The notes: a model not told the origin generated them from the letters alone. Counted from the first letter of the stretch, positions 19,020-29,085 are shown. The stretch: DNA of 64,000 nt from Patescibacteria group bacterium (GCA_042570925.1 JBHPFX010000003.1:10149-74148); one strand, 5' to 3'. Program-made: numbers and translations.

Positions 19020-19673
19020 ATGAGATACGATATTCTAACTATTTTTCCAAATCTTTTTACTTCGTTTCTTCAGGAAACGCTTATTGCGAAAGCGCAAAAA
19101 AAGAAGAAGATTCGAATAAATATTCATGATATTCGAAAATTTTCCAACGATAAGCATAAGACTGTTGACGACCGGCCATATGGCGGTGGGCCGGGAATGA
19201 TTTTAAAAGCTGAACCGATAGTAAAAACATTAAAAAGTATTCCAAAGAAAAAAAAGAGCAAGATCATTCTTCTCTCTCCGCAAGGACCATTTTTTACACA
19301 AAAGGTTGCACAGCATTATTCGAAACTCGATCAGCTCATTCTTATTGCTGGCAGGTATGAAGGATTTGATGAACGGGTAAACTCGTATATTGATGAAGAG
19401 CTCTCTATTGGTGAATACGTCCTCTCAGGTGGCGAGGTGCCAGCGATGGTGGTAATGGAAGCTGTGTCGCGACTCATTCCAGGTGTAGTGGGCGATAAGG
19501 GTTCAATAGAAGATGAGACGTTCTCGTTTTCTCCTGATTATGTCGAGTATCCTCAATATACACGCCCACCTTCTTTTAGCGGGAAAAAAGTACCACCCGT
19601 CCTTTTGAGCGGTGATCACAAGAAAATCTCACAATGGCGGAAGACAAAATCACGCCGCAGACGCCCTTCTTGA
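19020..19673 (+). CDS. trmD: tRNA (guanine37-N1)-methyltransferase
   Basis: DILTIFP, DDRPYGGGPGM, GRYEGFDERV and LSIGEYVLSGGE motifs. Confidence 0.9.
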   Translation: MRYDILTIFPNLFTSFLQETLIAKAQKKKKIRINIHDIRKFSNDKHKTVDDRPYGGGPGMILKAEPIVKTLKSIPKKKKSKIILLSPQGPFFTQKVAQHYSKLDQLILIAGRYEGFDERVNSYIDEELSIGEYVLSGGEVPAMVVMEAVSRLIPGVVGDKGSIEDETFSFSPDYVEYPQYTRPPSFSGKKVPPVLLSGDHKKISQWRKTKSRRRRPS

Positions 19674-19698
19674 CAAGTATGTGAAGCACAGGTACACT
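19670..19698 (+). promoter_or_regulatory. 16S rRNA promoter, overlapping the trmD stop codon
   Basis: TTGACA at 19670-19675, N17, TACACT at 19693-19698. Confidence 0.55.
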
Positions 19699-19910
19699 TG
19701 TGTATACGTTGTGTATAGGGGAAATTTCTTGAAAATCGGCTAATACTTAACAGAATATAGCCTTCCAACCATACATATCATAATATTAGAAGATCTTCAC
19801 AATGACATTATCCTACTTTGGCAAAAGTAGGAGGAAAAACAGAGGCGTCTATAAATCAGGGATTTGGACCTCTCTGTTTTTTCTTCGCTCTTAGTAGGAA
19901 GAAATGAACA

Positions 19911-19935
19911 TTAACAACTTCGATGTGGTAAGAAT
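19911..19935 (+). other. 5' strand of the 16S processing stem (pairs with 21754-21774)
   Basis: The reverse complement of TTAACAACTTCGATGTGGTAAGAAT matches ATTCTTACCACATCAAAGTTG downstream of the 16S. A second inner pairing joins 20044-20075 with 21733-21758. Confidence 0.6.
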
Positions 19936-19996
19936 CCTCTGATCACTTGGCAGAGAATAAGAGAAGAGGTGGTGGAAACCTTTACCGATTTCTGAT

Positions 19997-20008
19997 CGTT
20001 CTTTAAAG
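19997..20008 (+). promoter_or_regulatory. boxA-like antitermination element in the rRNA leader
   Basis: CGTTCTTTAAAG resembles the rrn boxA GCTCTTTAACAA. Confidence 0.4.
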
Positions 20009-20123
20009 TCCATTACGTCTCTTCTTTTCTCTGTCGAGTTTCGGAGAATAGCTCACAATATACGTCAGTTCATATTCAACGAGGTTGGTAACTCCTCATA
20101 TGAAAAAATAGTTACATCAATCT

Positions 20124-21615
<1,492 letters not shown>

Positions 21616-21889
21616 CTAGGGAGTAAATCTAGATCGCTGACACTTTAGTGTCAGTGAACTGTCGCGTGAAACTCATCTCTTTATTACGTAAAGAGAGATG
21701 TCTCACTTAGGTGCAGTGAACCTGCATATACGATATGACTAACGTGTGAGCTAATTCTTACCACATCAAAGTTGCATAATGACTTACTGCCTACCATATA
21801 TACAGGTTACGCCTTCCCCCTCTTGTTCTTCGGATGTCGAGGCGGTAAACTGTGAGTTGTAGGCTTTTTTCATATTTATTATTCATTCA

Positions 21890-21965
21890 GGGCACGTAGC
21901 TCAGTTGGTTATCCCTCGCTATAGCTCGGGACTTAGGAGCGCTTACTGTACTTTACAGAATTCCC
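21890..21965 (+). pseudogene. 5' part of a second, diverged tRNA-Ile-like copy (outer copy)
   Basis: GGGCACGTAGCTCAGTTGGTTA (acceptor plus D arm), then an insert and a degenerate GAGCGC..anticodon region. Its acceptor partner CGTGCCC is at 22202-22208. Confidence 0.5.
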
Positions 21966-21970
21966 TTGGT

Positions 21971-22047
21971 GGGCGCGTAGCTCAGGTGGTTAGAGCGCGT
22001 CACTGATAATGACGAGGTCGGAGGTTCGAGTCCTCCCGCGCCCACCA
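21971..22047 (+). tRNA. tRNA-Ile (anticodon GAU), CCA encoded
   Basis: GGGCGCG acceptor, CTGATAA anticodon loop, GGTTCGAGTCC T arm, CGCGCCC-A-CCA. Full cloverleaf. Confidence 0.9.
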
Positions 22048-22123
22048 AGGGAATGAAGTGTACCCGACTTTCATGTGAGGTCACTGACCCGTCCTGAGTC
22101 CTGAGCGAAGTCGAAGGACGAAG

Positions 22124-22212
22124 GATAATGACGAGCTCGGCCTTCAGCTCTGAGGCCTGAACGGCTCAGAGCTCAGGCTCGAAGAGAGGTTCAAATCCTC
22201 CCGTGCCCACCA
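22124..22212 (+). pseudogene. 3' part of the outer tRNA-Ile-like copy, with a roughly 50-nt G+C-rich insert in the variable region
   Basis: GATAATGACGAG, then the insert (22136-22187), then GGTTCAAATCCTCCCGTGCCCACCA. Confidence 0.5.
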
Positions 22213-22248
22213 GTGGGCTGATATAGGGTTCTCCGTACGGCGGACAGG

Positions 22249-22292
22249 TAATGACGAGGTCGCCCCGCTATGGCGGGGCCGTGTGCCCACCA
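22249..22292 (+). pseudogene. Further tRNA-Ile 3'-half fragment in which a G+C hairpin replaces the T arm
   Basis: TAATGACGAGGTCG + CCCCGCTATGGCGGGG + CCGTGTGCCCACCA. Confidence 0.45.
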
Positions 22293-22345
22293 GCCGAGGT
22301 AGCCTGTCTGCCGATAGGCAGGCTCAGTAGTAGAGTCCCGCACCA
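22293..22345 (+). pseudogene. 5' part of a second tRNA-Phe-like copy (outer copy) with a hairpin insert in the D arm
   Basis: GCCGAGG-TA-G, then the insert CCTGTCTGCCGATAGGCAG, then GCTCAGTAGTAGAG. Its acceptor partner CCTCGGC is at 22563-22569. Confidence 0.45.
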
Positions 22346-22365
22346 TGTGCCTGGAGGTATATAAT

Positions 22366-22437
22366 GCCTGGGTAGCTCAGTGGTAGAGCGAAGGACTGAA
22401 AATCCTTGCGTCGGCAGTTCAATTCTGCCCCCAGGCA
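22366..22437 (+). tRNA. tRNA-Phe (anticodon GAA)
   Basis: GCCTGGG acceptor, GCTCAGTGGTAGAGC D arm, CTGAAAA loop, GGCAGTTCAATTCTGCC T arm, CCCAGGC-A. Confidence 0.9.
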
Positions 22438-22440
22438 CAT

Positions 22441-22573
22441 GTGCGGGATAGACTCTGGACTGAAAAATCCTGGAGCCTGTCCTGAACATTGCGCGGAGCG
22501 AAATGATTCAGGATCGGCAGTTTCCGCCAAAGGCGGATCCGCCCATGGCGGACAATTCTGCCCCTCGGCACCA
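22441..22573 (+). pseudogene. 3' part of the outer tRNA-Phe-like copy, with a 30-nt double-hairpin insert in the T loop
   Basis: GGACTGAAAAATCC anticodon arm, then GGCAG-TT, the 30-nt insert (22523-22552), then CAATTCTGCC-CCTCGGC-A-CCA. Confidence 0.5.
22523..22552. repeat. 30-nt G+C-rich double-hairpin insert (copy in the tRNA-Phe-like T loop)
   Basis: TCCGCCAAAGGCGGATCCGCCCATGGCGGA. The near-identical TCCGCCAGAGGCGGATCCGCCTTCGGCGGA lies at 42719-42748 inside nusA. Confidence 0.7.
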
Positions 22574-22658
22574 CGCGGCAGTAGTTTCCTTCATTTCATT
22601 CAGGACAGGCAGTTGGTAGTATGGTTTCAAAAAACTTTTAGATAATTTATTGGATAAT

Positions 22659-22733
22659 GCGGGAGTAGTTCAGTAGTAGAACGCTTCCTTGCCAAGGAAG
22701 AGGTCGCGGGTGCGAATCCCGTCTCCCGCTCCA
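22659..22733 (+). tRNA. tRNA-Gly (anticodon GCC), CCA encoded
   Basis: GCGGGAG acceptor, TTGCCAA loop, CTCCCGC-T-CCA. The T loop reads TGCGAAT, with G where U55 is expected. Confidence 0.75.
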
Positions 22734-22875
22734 TCAAGTCTTAAAGAAAAACATTCCTAGATTGATTTGCATGCTTAGCAAATTAAGCAGGAGGAAGCGA
22801 CGCAACTGCTTGCGTCGCGTCGGGATGAACAGGGCGAACGATGTCGCCTGAGGCGACCGTGAGCTTCGGCCCGAA

Positions 22876-22899
22876 GGGCGAGTCCGGTCTGCCGCTCCA
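22876..22899 (+). pseudogene. Duplicated tRNA-Gly(GCC) 3'-end fragment
   Basis: GGGCGAGTCCGGTCTGCCGCTCCA versus the tRNA GGGTGCGAATCCCGTCTCCCGCTCCA. G+C hairpins precede it. Confidence 0.45.
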
Positions 22900-23029
22900 T
22901 CGTGCCATATGTATATAGACCCCAAGATGGTGGGAGTTTGTTATAATAAATAAAGACGAGGCCGCCGTGGTGGAACCCCGCTTCTCCTTCACTGCGTTCA
23001 GGATACGCGGGGCAGGCTGGTAGAATTGT

Positions 23030-23113
23030 GGGCCAGTGGCGGAACTGGTATACGCGCTAGACTTAAAATCTGGTGGTGGCAACACCGTGTGGGTTCGACT
23101 CCCACCTGGCCCA
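23030..23113 (+). tRNA. tRNA-Leu (anticodon UAA), long variable arm
   Basis: GGGCCAG acceptor, CTTAAAA loop, GGTGGCAACACC variable arm, GTGGGTTCGACTCCCAC T arm, CTGGCCC-A. Confidence 0.85.
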
Positions 23114-23220
23114 TTAGCAAGAATAAGACTCTCGAAGCGAAGTCCTGAGCGTAGCGAAGGGCGAAGCGGAGATCCCGTCCTGAGTTTACCGAAGGACGGG
23201 ACGACCGGCGGCATATGACA

Positions 23221-23250
23221 AAAAGAGCGAGGTAGTTACTCGCTCTTTTT
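23221..23250. terminator. Bidirectional terminator between the tRNA array and the convergent gene
   Basis: AAAAAGAGCGAG-GTAGTTA-CTCGCTCTTTTT. Confidence 0.7.
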
Positions 23251-23265
23251 GCTTTGTCATTATAT

Positions 23266-23760
23266 TTAGAGGACTTCCAGTGTAGTATATCGCGCTCCCC
23301 ATTCAATTGCTTCTTCTCGTGACTCCATCCAGATGTCTGCCATGTACCAGTAGCGCTGATGCATCCGATCTTCGACGACGAATATTTTATCTCCGTAGTA
23401 TTCAGGAATTCGTACTCGAGTGCCAATTGGTAGGAAGTTGGCAGCGATAATTCCATCACGTACAGTGGACCCGGAAGCAGTTATGAATGGGTCTCCGCTT
23501 GTTTGATCCGGTGTTGAGGAGTAGGCAGTGATTGTGAGATACACAGTCTGCTTAGCTTCCTCACGGGGCTTATCAGCACTAATAGGAAGCCTCGGGCGGG
23601 TTTCAATATTTTCTTCAGTGATTGTTGGTTCAGCTTGAATGTTTCCTGTTTCAAGGATTTCATGACCCACTGCTTGTCCAGGAAAGGTGAATTCCCAGAG
23701 AAGGACGAGCGCAACGATTACTAGAATGTAGGCATTTTTTTGACGAGATAGTTTATACAT
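23266..23760 (-). CDS. 3D-domain (RlpA/MltA-like DPBB) cell-wall protein with N-terminal anchor
   Basis: TAYSSTPDQTSGDPFITASG..V.DGIIAAN.LPIGTRVRIP..G.....VEDR. ATG 23760 (MYKLSRQKNAY plus a TM segment) is preferred over the track start. Confidence 0.7.
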   Translation of the reverse strand: MYKLSRQKNAYILVIVALVLLWEFTFPGQAVGHEILETGNIQAEPTITEENIETRPRLPISADKPREEAKQTVYLTITAYSSTPDQTSGDPFITASGSTVRDGIIAANFLPIGTRVRIPEYYGDKIFVVEDRMHQRYWYMADIWMESREEAIEWGARYTTLEVL

Positions 23761-23942
23761 AATTAGTGAAATAGTTTGGTAATTAAGGTTTATTACTCTA
23801 TTCCAAAAACTCCCATTTAATAGGTTTTTGGGAGATTGAAAGCGCATATTAGCAGATATACGGGATCTGTCAAGGGCTTGATATGCTAACAAAAAACTGC
23901 CGCATTACGCGGCAGTTTGGGTTAATATCAGGATGGGAAACG

Positions 23943-26717
23943 TTACGTACCAAGAATATCGTCAATTACTTCAGCATAGCTGTCAAACGGTTGGGCACCT
24001 GAGATGAGCTCTCCATTAACAAACGTTGCGGGAGTCCCCTGTACACCAAGTAATGCGCCTCCGTCAATATCATCTTGAACTCTTTGTGAATATTTTCCAG
24101 AGTCTAAGCAGCTATCAAACTGACTTTGGGCTAATCCAAGTTCTCCTGCAGCGCTTTTATAATTTTCGACGCTTAATGTTACAGCTGCATTCATCTCAAA
24201 GAGCCTGTCATGCATTTCCCAGAATTGACCCTGTTCTGCGGCACACTCAGAAGCTTCAGCGGCTTTTTGGGCATTAGTGTGAAATGATAACGGGTAATGT
24301 CGAAAAACTATTTGAAGATCGTCCCCGTAGGTAGTTTCGAGTTGCTCGATTGTCGGAACAAATCTGGCACAAAAGGGGCATTCAAAATCAGAATATACCA
24401 CTAATGTCACTTTCGCATTTTCTCCACCTCGTTTGTGATCAGTGTCTTTTAAAGGTAGATAGTATGTCTCAGCTACCACAACCTCATTTGCTGAATTTGT
24501 ATTGCTCACCTGCTGGTCATCAGCAGCTTTTAAGGGATTGTGACCACTTTGTACTTCTTCAAAATCAGTAAATCCATCTCCATCTGTATCAGCGACATAC
24601 TTACTTGTTCCAAACTCTGCCTCTTCAACGTCAGATAATCCATCATTATCAGTGTCTTTATTTTCCTCAGCTTCGAGTGAAACATAATCCTTTGTTGCTG
24701 TATTTTTACCTTCAACATACAGGGAAGTATAGTAGCTATTGTTAGAGCCAAATATACTTTCCGTACTCTCAGGAGGGAATTCAATTTCATATATCAGCTT
24801 ATAATCAGTTCCAGTCGTAGAATACTCAAAAGGTTTTTCGGTATAAATGTCAGTTGGCACGCTCGAGCGAGAATAAAAGTAGCTGTCATAGAAGGAATCT
24901 TCTGGAGGAGTTTCGAGCAGCTTATCAAGACTAGCAGGGTATTTTTTATTAACAGAATTATATTGCCGAAGCGCTGATCGAATATCGCTGACCGCGTCTC
25001 TTTGTTTATCAAAATTCTGCTCTTCAACAGTAATGCCGGTCATTAATCGTATCACTTCATCAATAGAAATTGTATTGCTCGGCTTGGTCACGTTTGGTTT
25101 TTCGCCTAAATGATCGAACGTCATGCCAAAATTGAATCTGAACTGACGATCTACAAGTCTTTCATACTTATCTGGAGGTACGGCAATCATTTCAACTTCC
25201 ATCTTCCTGGGTTTGAATCCTGCCTGATCGACCCATACGGTCAATGTCGTATTCTCAAAAAATGTATCAAGCTGATCGATTACCTCTGGGTCTGAAAATG
25301 AATCAGTAAAGTCTCCGAAATCCCCCAAATCTACACCTCTCTCTACCGCATCATCGTAGTATGCTGATTCAAGTGCCTGAAGCTTTTCTGGATCGATAGT
25401 TATTCGAACACGATGTGTTGGGTGGCCGTTTATTGTTTCTTTTCCATCAACATTTGCGACAATGAGTTTTTCCTGAAAGGCAACTCGGAATATGTGTGGA
25501 ACCTCAGATCGGAAAGTGCTTGTTGTGTCATCATCCGGTATGACGTCATTTACATCTACGAATCCGCCAAGAAGATCACTACCCTCATCGAGATCGATTT
25601 CAATCCATTTGTCTTTAAATGAGCTGGTATCAAAAAAGAGAGCAGGAAATTCATTAGCAAGAAGATACGCCTTATTGTCCTTTAATCGTGCCTCTAAATC
25701 AACAGAAATTGCCACGCCAGAGGAGCTATACGATCCGGAGAGCGACATAAGCCCTTTATTTTCTGACGGGTCATCAGGTGAGTAATTCATAAACACGCTA
25801 ATTGCTCCCTGTACGTTGATGTCGGTTGGAATCATGCCGACTAATAGGTCCATATAATCATCATAGAAATCAGAAAATTCAGAACCACCATAATCTCTAT
25901 CGTATTCACAACTGGTAATATTACCATCAGAGTCTAATATTCCATTTGGTCCCTTATTATTTCCGCCGAGGCAAGAAAAGGAGAGCGTATACTCAGTTTT
26001 ATCACTTGAAGGTTTATATATAAACGATTCTCCATTAGCTTGCTTGGGAACGAAGCTAATGTAATTTGGCGATACTTCAGCCAAAGTATTTGGAAACTGA
26101 GATCTGTGATCATCCCAATATAGTATTAGTGCTGTCTTGATTTGAGCGGCATTTGATACAGTTGTTCTATCTTGTGCCTGAAGTTCAGCATCTGTAGTGC
26201 CCACAGCTGACTCATTATTATTTTTTGAGGTTGATTCAACCGTTCTTTCTTCACCGACTACTTGAAAAGTAAATCCAAACTCACCACTCTTTGCATCTGC
26301 TAATTCATTAAACGCTTTCATCAACATCTCTTCCGCGTTTTTTGTGAGAAATGGAATGGGTAAATAACCCTTCATGTATGCAAAAGCCCCTCCACCAATG
26401 ACAGCCACAGCAATAACTGCTACAACCATCCACTTAGAGAATTTAAAAGACTTTTTTCTCTTTTTACCAAGAGCGTCAGAGATGTATTCTTCTTTTGTAT
26501 GCCACGGCTTATGTGTTTCGGCTGTGTGAGATTGCCAAGGTTTCTTTTTTACTGGTTGAGAATCGGGATATTTTTGCTGTAATGGTGACGGGGGGGCGGC
26601 CAATACTTGATCAACTTGGTCTTTCGTCCATCCGCTTTTCTCGAGCTGCTTATGAATATCTTTATCTGATAAGCCTGATTCACGGGCCTGTTGGATCCAC
26701 TGTTTAATGTCGTTCAT
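23943..26717 (-). CDS. 924-aa membrane-anchored mosaic surface protein: N-terminal helical module, TM, two pilin-like domains, TSP3-type Ca-binding repeats and a C-terminal DsbA-like thioredoxin domain
   Basis: MNDIKQWIQQARESGLSDKDI module. Pilin-like segments (AAQIKTALILYWDDHRSQFPNTL, SDIRSALRQYNSVNKKYPASL). DTDNDGLSDVEE..DTDGDGFTDFEE. SDFECPFCARF..GTPATFVNG. Confidence 0.7.
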   Translation of the reverse strand: MNDIKQWIQQARESGLSDKDIHKQLEKSGWTKDQVDQVLAAPPSPLQQKYPDSQPVKKKPWQSHTAETHKPWHTKEEYISDALGKKRKKSFKFSKWMVVAVIAVAVIGGGAFAYMKGYLPIPFLTKNAEEMLMKAFNELADAKSGEFGFTFQVVGEERTVESTSKNNNESAVGTTDAELQAQDRTTVSNAAQIKTALILYWDDHRSQFPNTLAEVSPNYISFVPKQANGESFIYKPSSDKTEYTLSFSCLGGNNKGPNGILDSDGNITSCEYDRDYGGSEFSDFYDDYMDLLVGMIPTDINVQGAISVFMNYSPDDPSENKGLMSLSGSYSSSGVAISVDLEARLKDNKAYLLANEFPALFFDTSSFKDKWIEIDLDEGSDLLGGFVDVNDVIPDDDTTSTFRSEVPHIFRVAFQEKLIVANVDGKETINGHPTHRVRITIDPEKLQALESAYYDDAVERGVDLGDFGDFTDSFSDPEVIDQLDTFFENTTLTVWVDQAGFKPRKMEVEMIAVPPDKYERLVDRQFRFNFGMTFDHLGEKPNVTKPSNTISIDEVIRLMTGITVEEQNFDKQRDAVSDIRSALRQYNSVNKKYPASLDKLLETPPEDSFYDSYFYSRSSVPTDIYTEKPFEYSTTGTDYKLIYEIEFPPESTESIFGSNNSYYTSLYVEGKNTATKDYVSLEAEENKDTDNDGLSDVEEAEFGTSKYVADTDGDGFTDFEEVQSGHNPLKAADDQQVSNTNSANEVVVAETYYLPLKDTDHKRGGENAKVTLVVYSDFECPFCARFVPTIEQLETTYGDDLQIVFRHYPLSFHTNAQKAAEASECAAEQGQFWEMHDRLFEMNAAVTLSVENYKSAAGELGLAQSQFDSCLDSGKYSQRVQDDIDGGALLGVQGTPATFVNGELISGAQPFDSYAEVIDDILGT

Positions 26718-26738
26718 GGTTAAATACTAGTTAATTAT

Positions 26739-28103
26739 TTAAGGCCAGACTTCACAAGTATGACCTGCGCTGTCCGAATTATAACAGAGTGACCAGCCCT
26801 TTCTATCTTCAGTGGGGGCGTACTCATATATCTCACCCGTCTCCGGATCTGTAAGCAGGGAGTTTAAATACGATGGTACAAGCTCCTCAAGAGTGGCCGG
26901 ATAGATCTCGTTATCCAGGAAATATTCCTGCAAAGTTATCTGGGTGCCGTAAATGTCGATGCTTCGAGTGACATCATTACGCTCCGATTCGTCGTAAATG
27001 AGATTTTCCTTCTCAATTAAAAAATATTGATACTGCAATTTGGCAAACTCAATTCCCTCGCGCGTAATTTTATTTGGTTGTAAGAAATTATCATATTCCC
27101 CGGTGATAATTGCCTTACCACCAGCAAGCCCAAACAGCATAAGCGCAAATATACCCACCATCATAAAACCAATAACAATTTTTCTTCCCACTTCAAGTGT
27201 TGACTCAGGATCGCTCTTATACGGGTGGGCGACAGAAAGGTCCGCATATAATACTGAGTAATAAGATTGTATATATGGAGGAATAATCAGTAGTAGAAGA
27301 AACTGTGAAAGCAAAAATCCTAGTCCGCCTGAAACAAAGAGAAAAAATGACAGTTCACCCGTACTCACATTGGCGACAAAAAGCCAAAATGCAACAAGAA
27401 TGAGACCAAGAATGAATGTGATGAACGCAACGATACCGACAAGCATTACTACTTTCCAGAAGATATCCAATCGGAAGTCGCGGGTAATTGCATAACACCG
27501 TTTTAACGCGGAAAATCCAGATTTTCCTTCTTTCACCATAACGAATGGAAGCGGTATGAATAGTACTGCGAGAATTAGACCAGGGAATATAAACAAAATA
27601 AATCCGCCAATCATGGCGAGGCCAGCTAATATGCTCGTCCAGATGAATGGAAGATACAGTTTGCATGAATTACTAAATATTTTTCTAGTGGATTTTTCAG
27701 AATATACAAGACTATGTGTTATTCCAATGATAAAAAAAGCTCCTGCAAGGTAGATGACGAACAACATGAGCAAGTAGAGTACCAGTGTAGATGGCCAGAT
27801 CGAAAAGAGAATTTGAATCCCGATGATGATGACGGTGCTTATCAGCGCAAGTAAGAGAAGTGGTCCCCAGAGAGACGAGAATACTTTCCAGGATCGTAAT
27901 AGCAATTGATGGCCAACGATAAATTTTTCTGGTGGATTTTCTTTTACTTCAGGGATATTAGAAAGCTCCTGGGAAATATCCAGGGCATCGTGTATTTGAG
28001 TTTTGCTCCAGCCATCTGCGGACAGGCGATTCTCAATTTCTCCATCAGAAATTCCTTTCTCACGAAATTGCTTAACCTGTTCAAAGATGTTTATGTCAGG
28101 CAT
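26739..28103 (-). CDS. Multi-pass membrane protein with the same N-terminal helical module and a C-terminal pilin-like domain
   Basis: FEQVKQFREKGISDGEIENRLSADGWSKTQIHDAL, about 7 TM segments, then TQITLQEYFLDNEIYPATLEELVPSYLNSLLTDPETGEIYEY. Confidence 0.6.
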   Translation of the reverse strand: MPDINIFEQVKQFREKGISDGEIENRLSADGWSKTQIHDALDISQELSNIPEVKENPPEKFIVGHQLLLRSWKVFSSLWGPLLLLALISTVIIIGIQILFSIWPSTLVLYLLMLFVIYLAGAFFIIGITHSLVYSEKSTRKIFSNSCKLYLPFIWTSILAGLAMIGGFILFIFPGLILAVLFIPLPFVMVKEGKSGFSALKRCYAITRDFRLDIFWKVVMLVGIVAFITFILGLILVAFWLFVANVSTGELSFFLFVSGGLGFLLSQFLLLLIIPPYIQSYYSVLYADLSVAHPYKSDPESTLEVGRKIVIGFMMVGIFALMLFGLAGGKAIITGEYDNFLQPNKITREGIEFAKLQYQYFLIEKENLIYDESERNDVTRSIDIYGTQITLQEYFLDNEIYPATLEELVPSYLNSLLTDPETGEIYEYAPTEDRKGWSLCYNSDSAGHTCEVWP

Positions 28104-28184
28104 ACAACCTTTTTTTGTTTTTACATAATAAATATATCATAAAACAGGCCATTTGTCAATGTAATCGCCTTCTAACAGATACAC

Positions 28185-28946
28185 TTATAATTCAACAACT
28201 ACCGGATAGTGATCCGATGCCAAGTTAGTTATCTTATTTTTTATAACCTTGTAGGACTGTAAAAATGGTAGTAATGACTTTGAAAGAAATATGTAGTCAA
28301 GTCGCATTGGTGAATGCTTAGTGCCGACTTTGGATAATGTTGGTACTGTCGTGTCTATGTTCTTTTCCAATAGTTGTGCTGTGTCGTGGTATCCAGCTTT
28401 CAGAATTTTATCAATAATATCAAACCGTAATTTTCCATTTGTAGTGAATTTTCTTATTCGAATTTCATCAAAGTCCTTTATGATATTATCCTTGTACCCA
28501 TCATTTCTCGACAAGGAATTCATATCTCCCATGAGAATCTTATGCGAAAAAGGTTTTTGATACGCAATGATACTCTCAATCTCCGGTTGACGAAGATCTT
28601 CAGTATATGGCGTTAAATGAAGGCTCGCAATTGATATTGGGCCATAGATGGACTCGATTGTAGCTATTATACACGCACGAGCCAAGGGTTTGAGCATGTA
28701 AATATTCTTTAAGGGATATTTTGAAAAAACGGCTATATGCCAATCTCCCTCACCTGATAAGGATATTTTAAAATACGGAAAACCGGTTTTTACGGCGAAT
28801 TCCTTAAGTAGCGCATTATTATTTTTTGCAAACGTATTTGCTTCATTAAGCATTAAAAAATCCGGGGACTCTTTTTTTACTACCTCAATAATTTGAGGGA
28901 GTGTCTCCACAGCCCCGTTTAAAATATTGTACGTCATGAATTTCAT
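28185..28946 (-). CDS. Endonuclease/exonuclease/phosphatase (EEP) family protein
   Basis: TYNILNG, LMLNEAN, GDMNS and SDHYPVVVEL motifs. Confidence 0.75.
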   Translation of the reverse strand: MKFMTYNILNGAVETLPQIIEVVKKESPDFLMLNEANTFAKNNNALLKEFAVKTGFPYFKISLSGEGDWHIAVFSKYPLKNIYMLKPLARACIIATIESIYGPISIASLHLTPYTEDLRQPEIESIIAYQKPFSHKILMGDMNSLSRNDGYKDNIIKDFDEIRIRKFTTNGKLRFDIIDKILKAGYHDTAQLLEKNIDTTVPTLSKVGTKHSPMRLDYIFLSKSLLPFLQSYKVIKNKITNLASDHYPVVVEL

Positions 28947-28968
28947 ATAACTTGTGTGATTGGCTCTT

Positions 28969-28979
28969 TGGAGCGGGTA
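28969..28979 (-). pseudogene. Duplicated 3' end of tRNA-Gly(UCC), followed by a G+C-rich tract
   Basis: TGGAGCGGGTA is identical to the tRNA 3' end at 29161-29171. G+C-rich hairpins lie between the two (28980-29100). Confidence 0.45.
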
Positions 28980-29039
28980 GGACCCCGCTATCCAGCGGGA
29001 TCTCGCAATTATATTTCTTATTGAGCTCGAGAATCGAGT

Positions 29040-29085
29040 TCTGGGCGCCCTTCGGTCTGAGGACCTCAGGATCGAAGACTTCGTT
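29040..29085. repeat. G+C-rich palindromic element copy
   Basis: CCCTTCGGTCTGAGGACCTCAGGATCGAAGACTTCG, related to the 18241-18317 core. Confidence 0.45.

Noticed and set aside
21890-22573. Group I intron or archaeal-type split or permuted tRNA as the explanation for the nested tRNA halves
   Set aside because: The intervening sequence contains a complete independent tRNA and shows no P-Q-R-S-like group I core or BHB motif that I can see. I report it as unexplained rather than assigning a mechanism.
22268-23459. ORFs across the tRNA array (22268-22489, 22324-22530, 22406-22645, 22734-22925, 22783-23214, 22998-23459, 23036-23218)
   Set aside because: They read through tRNA genes, tRNA fragments and G+C-rich hairpin repeats. 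Open frames here are a composition artefact.
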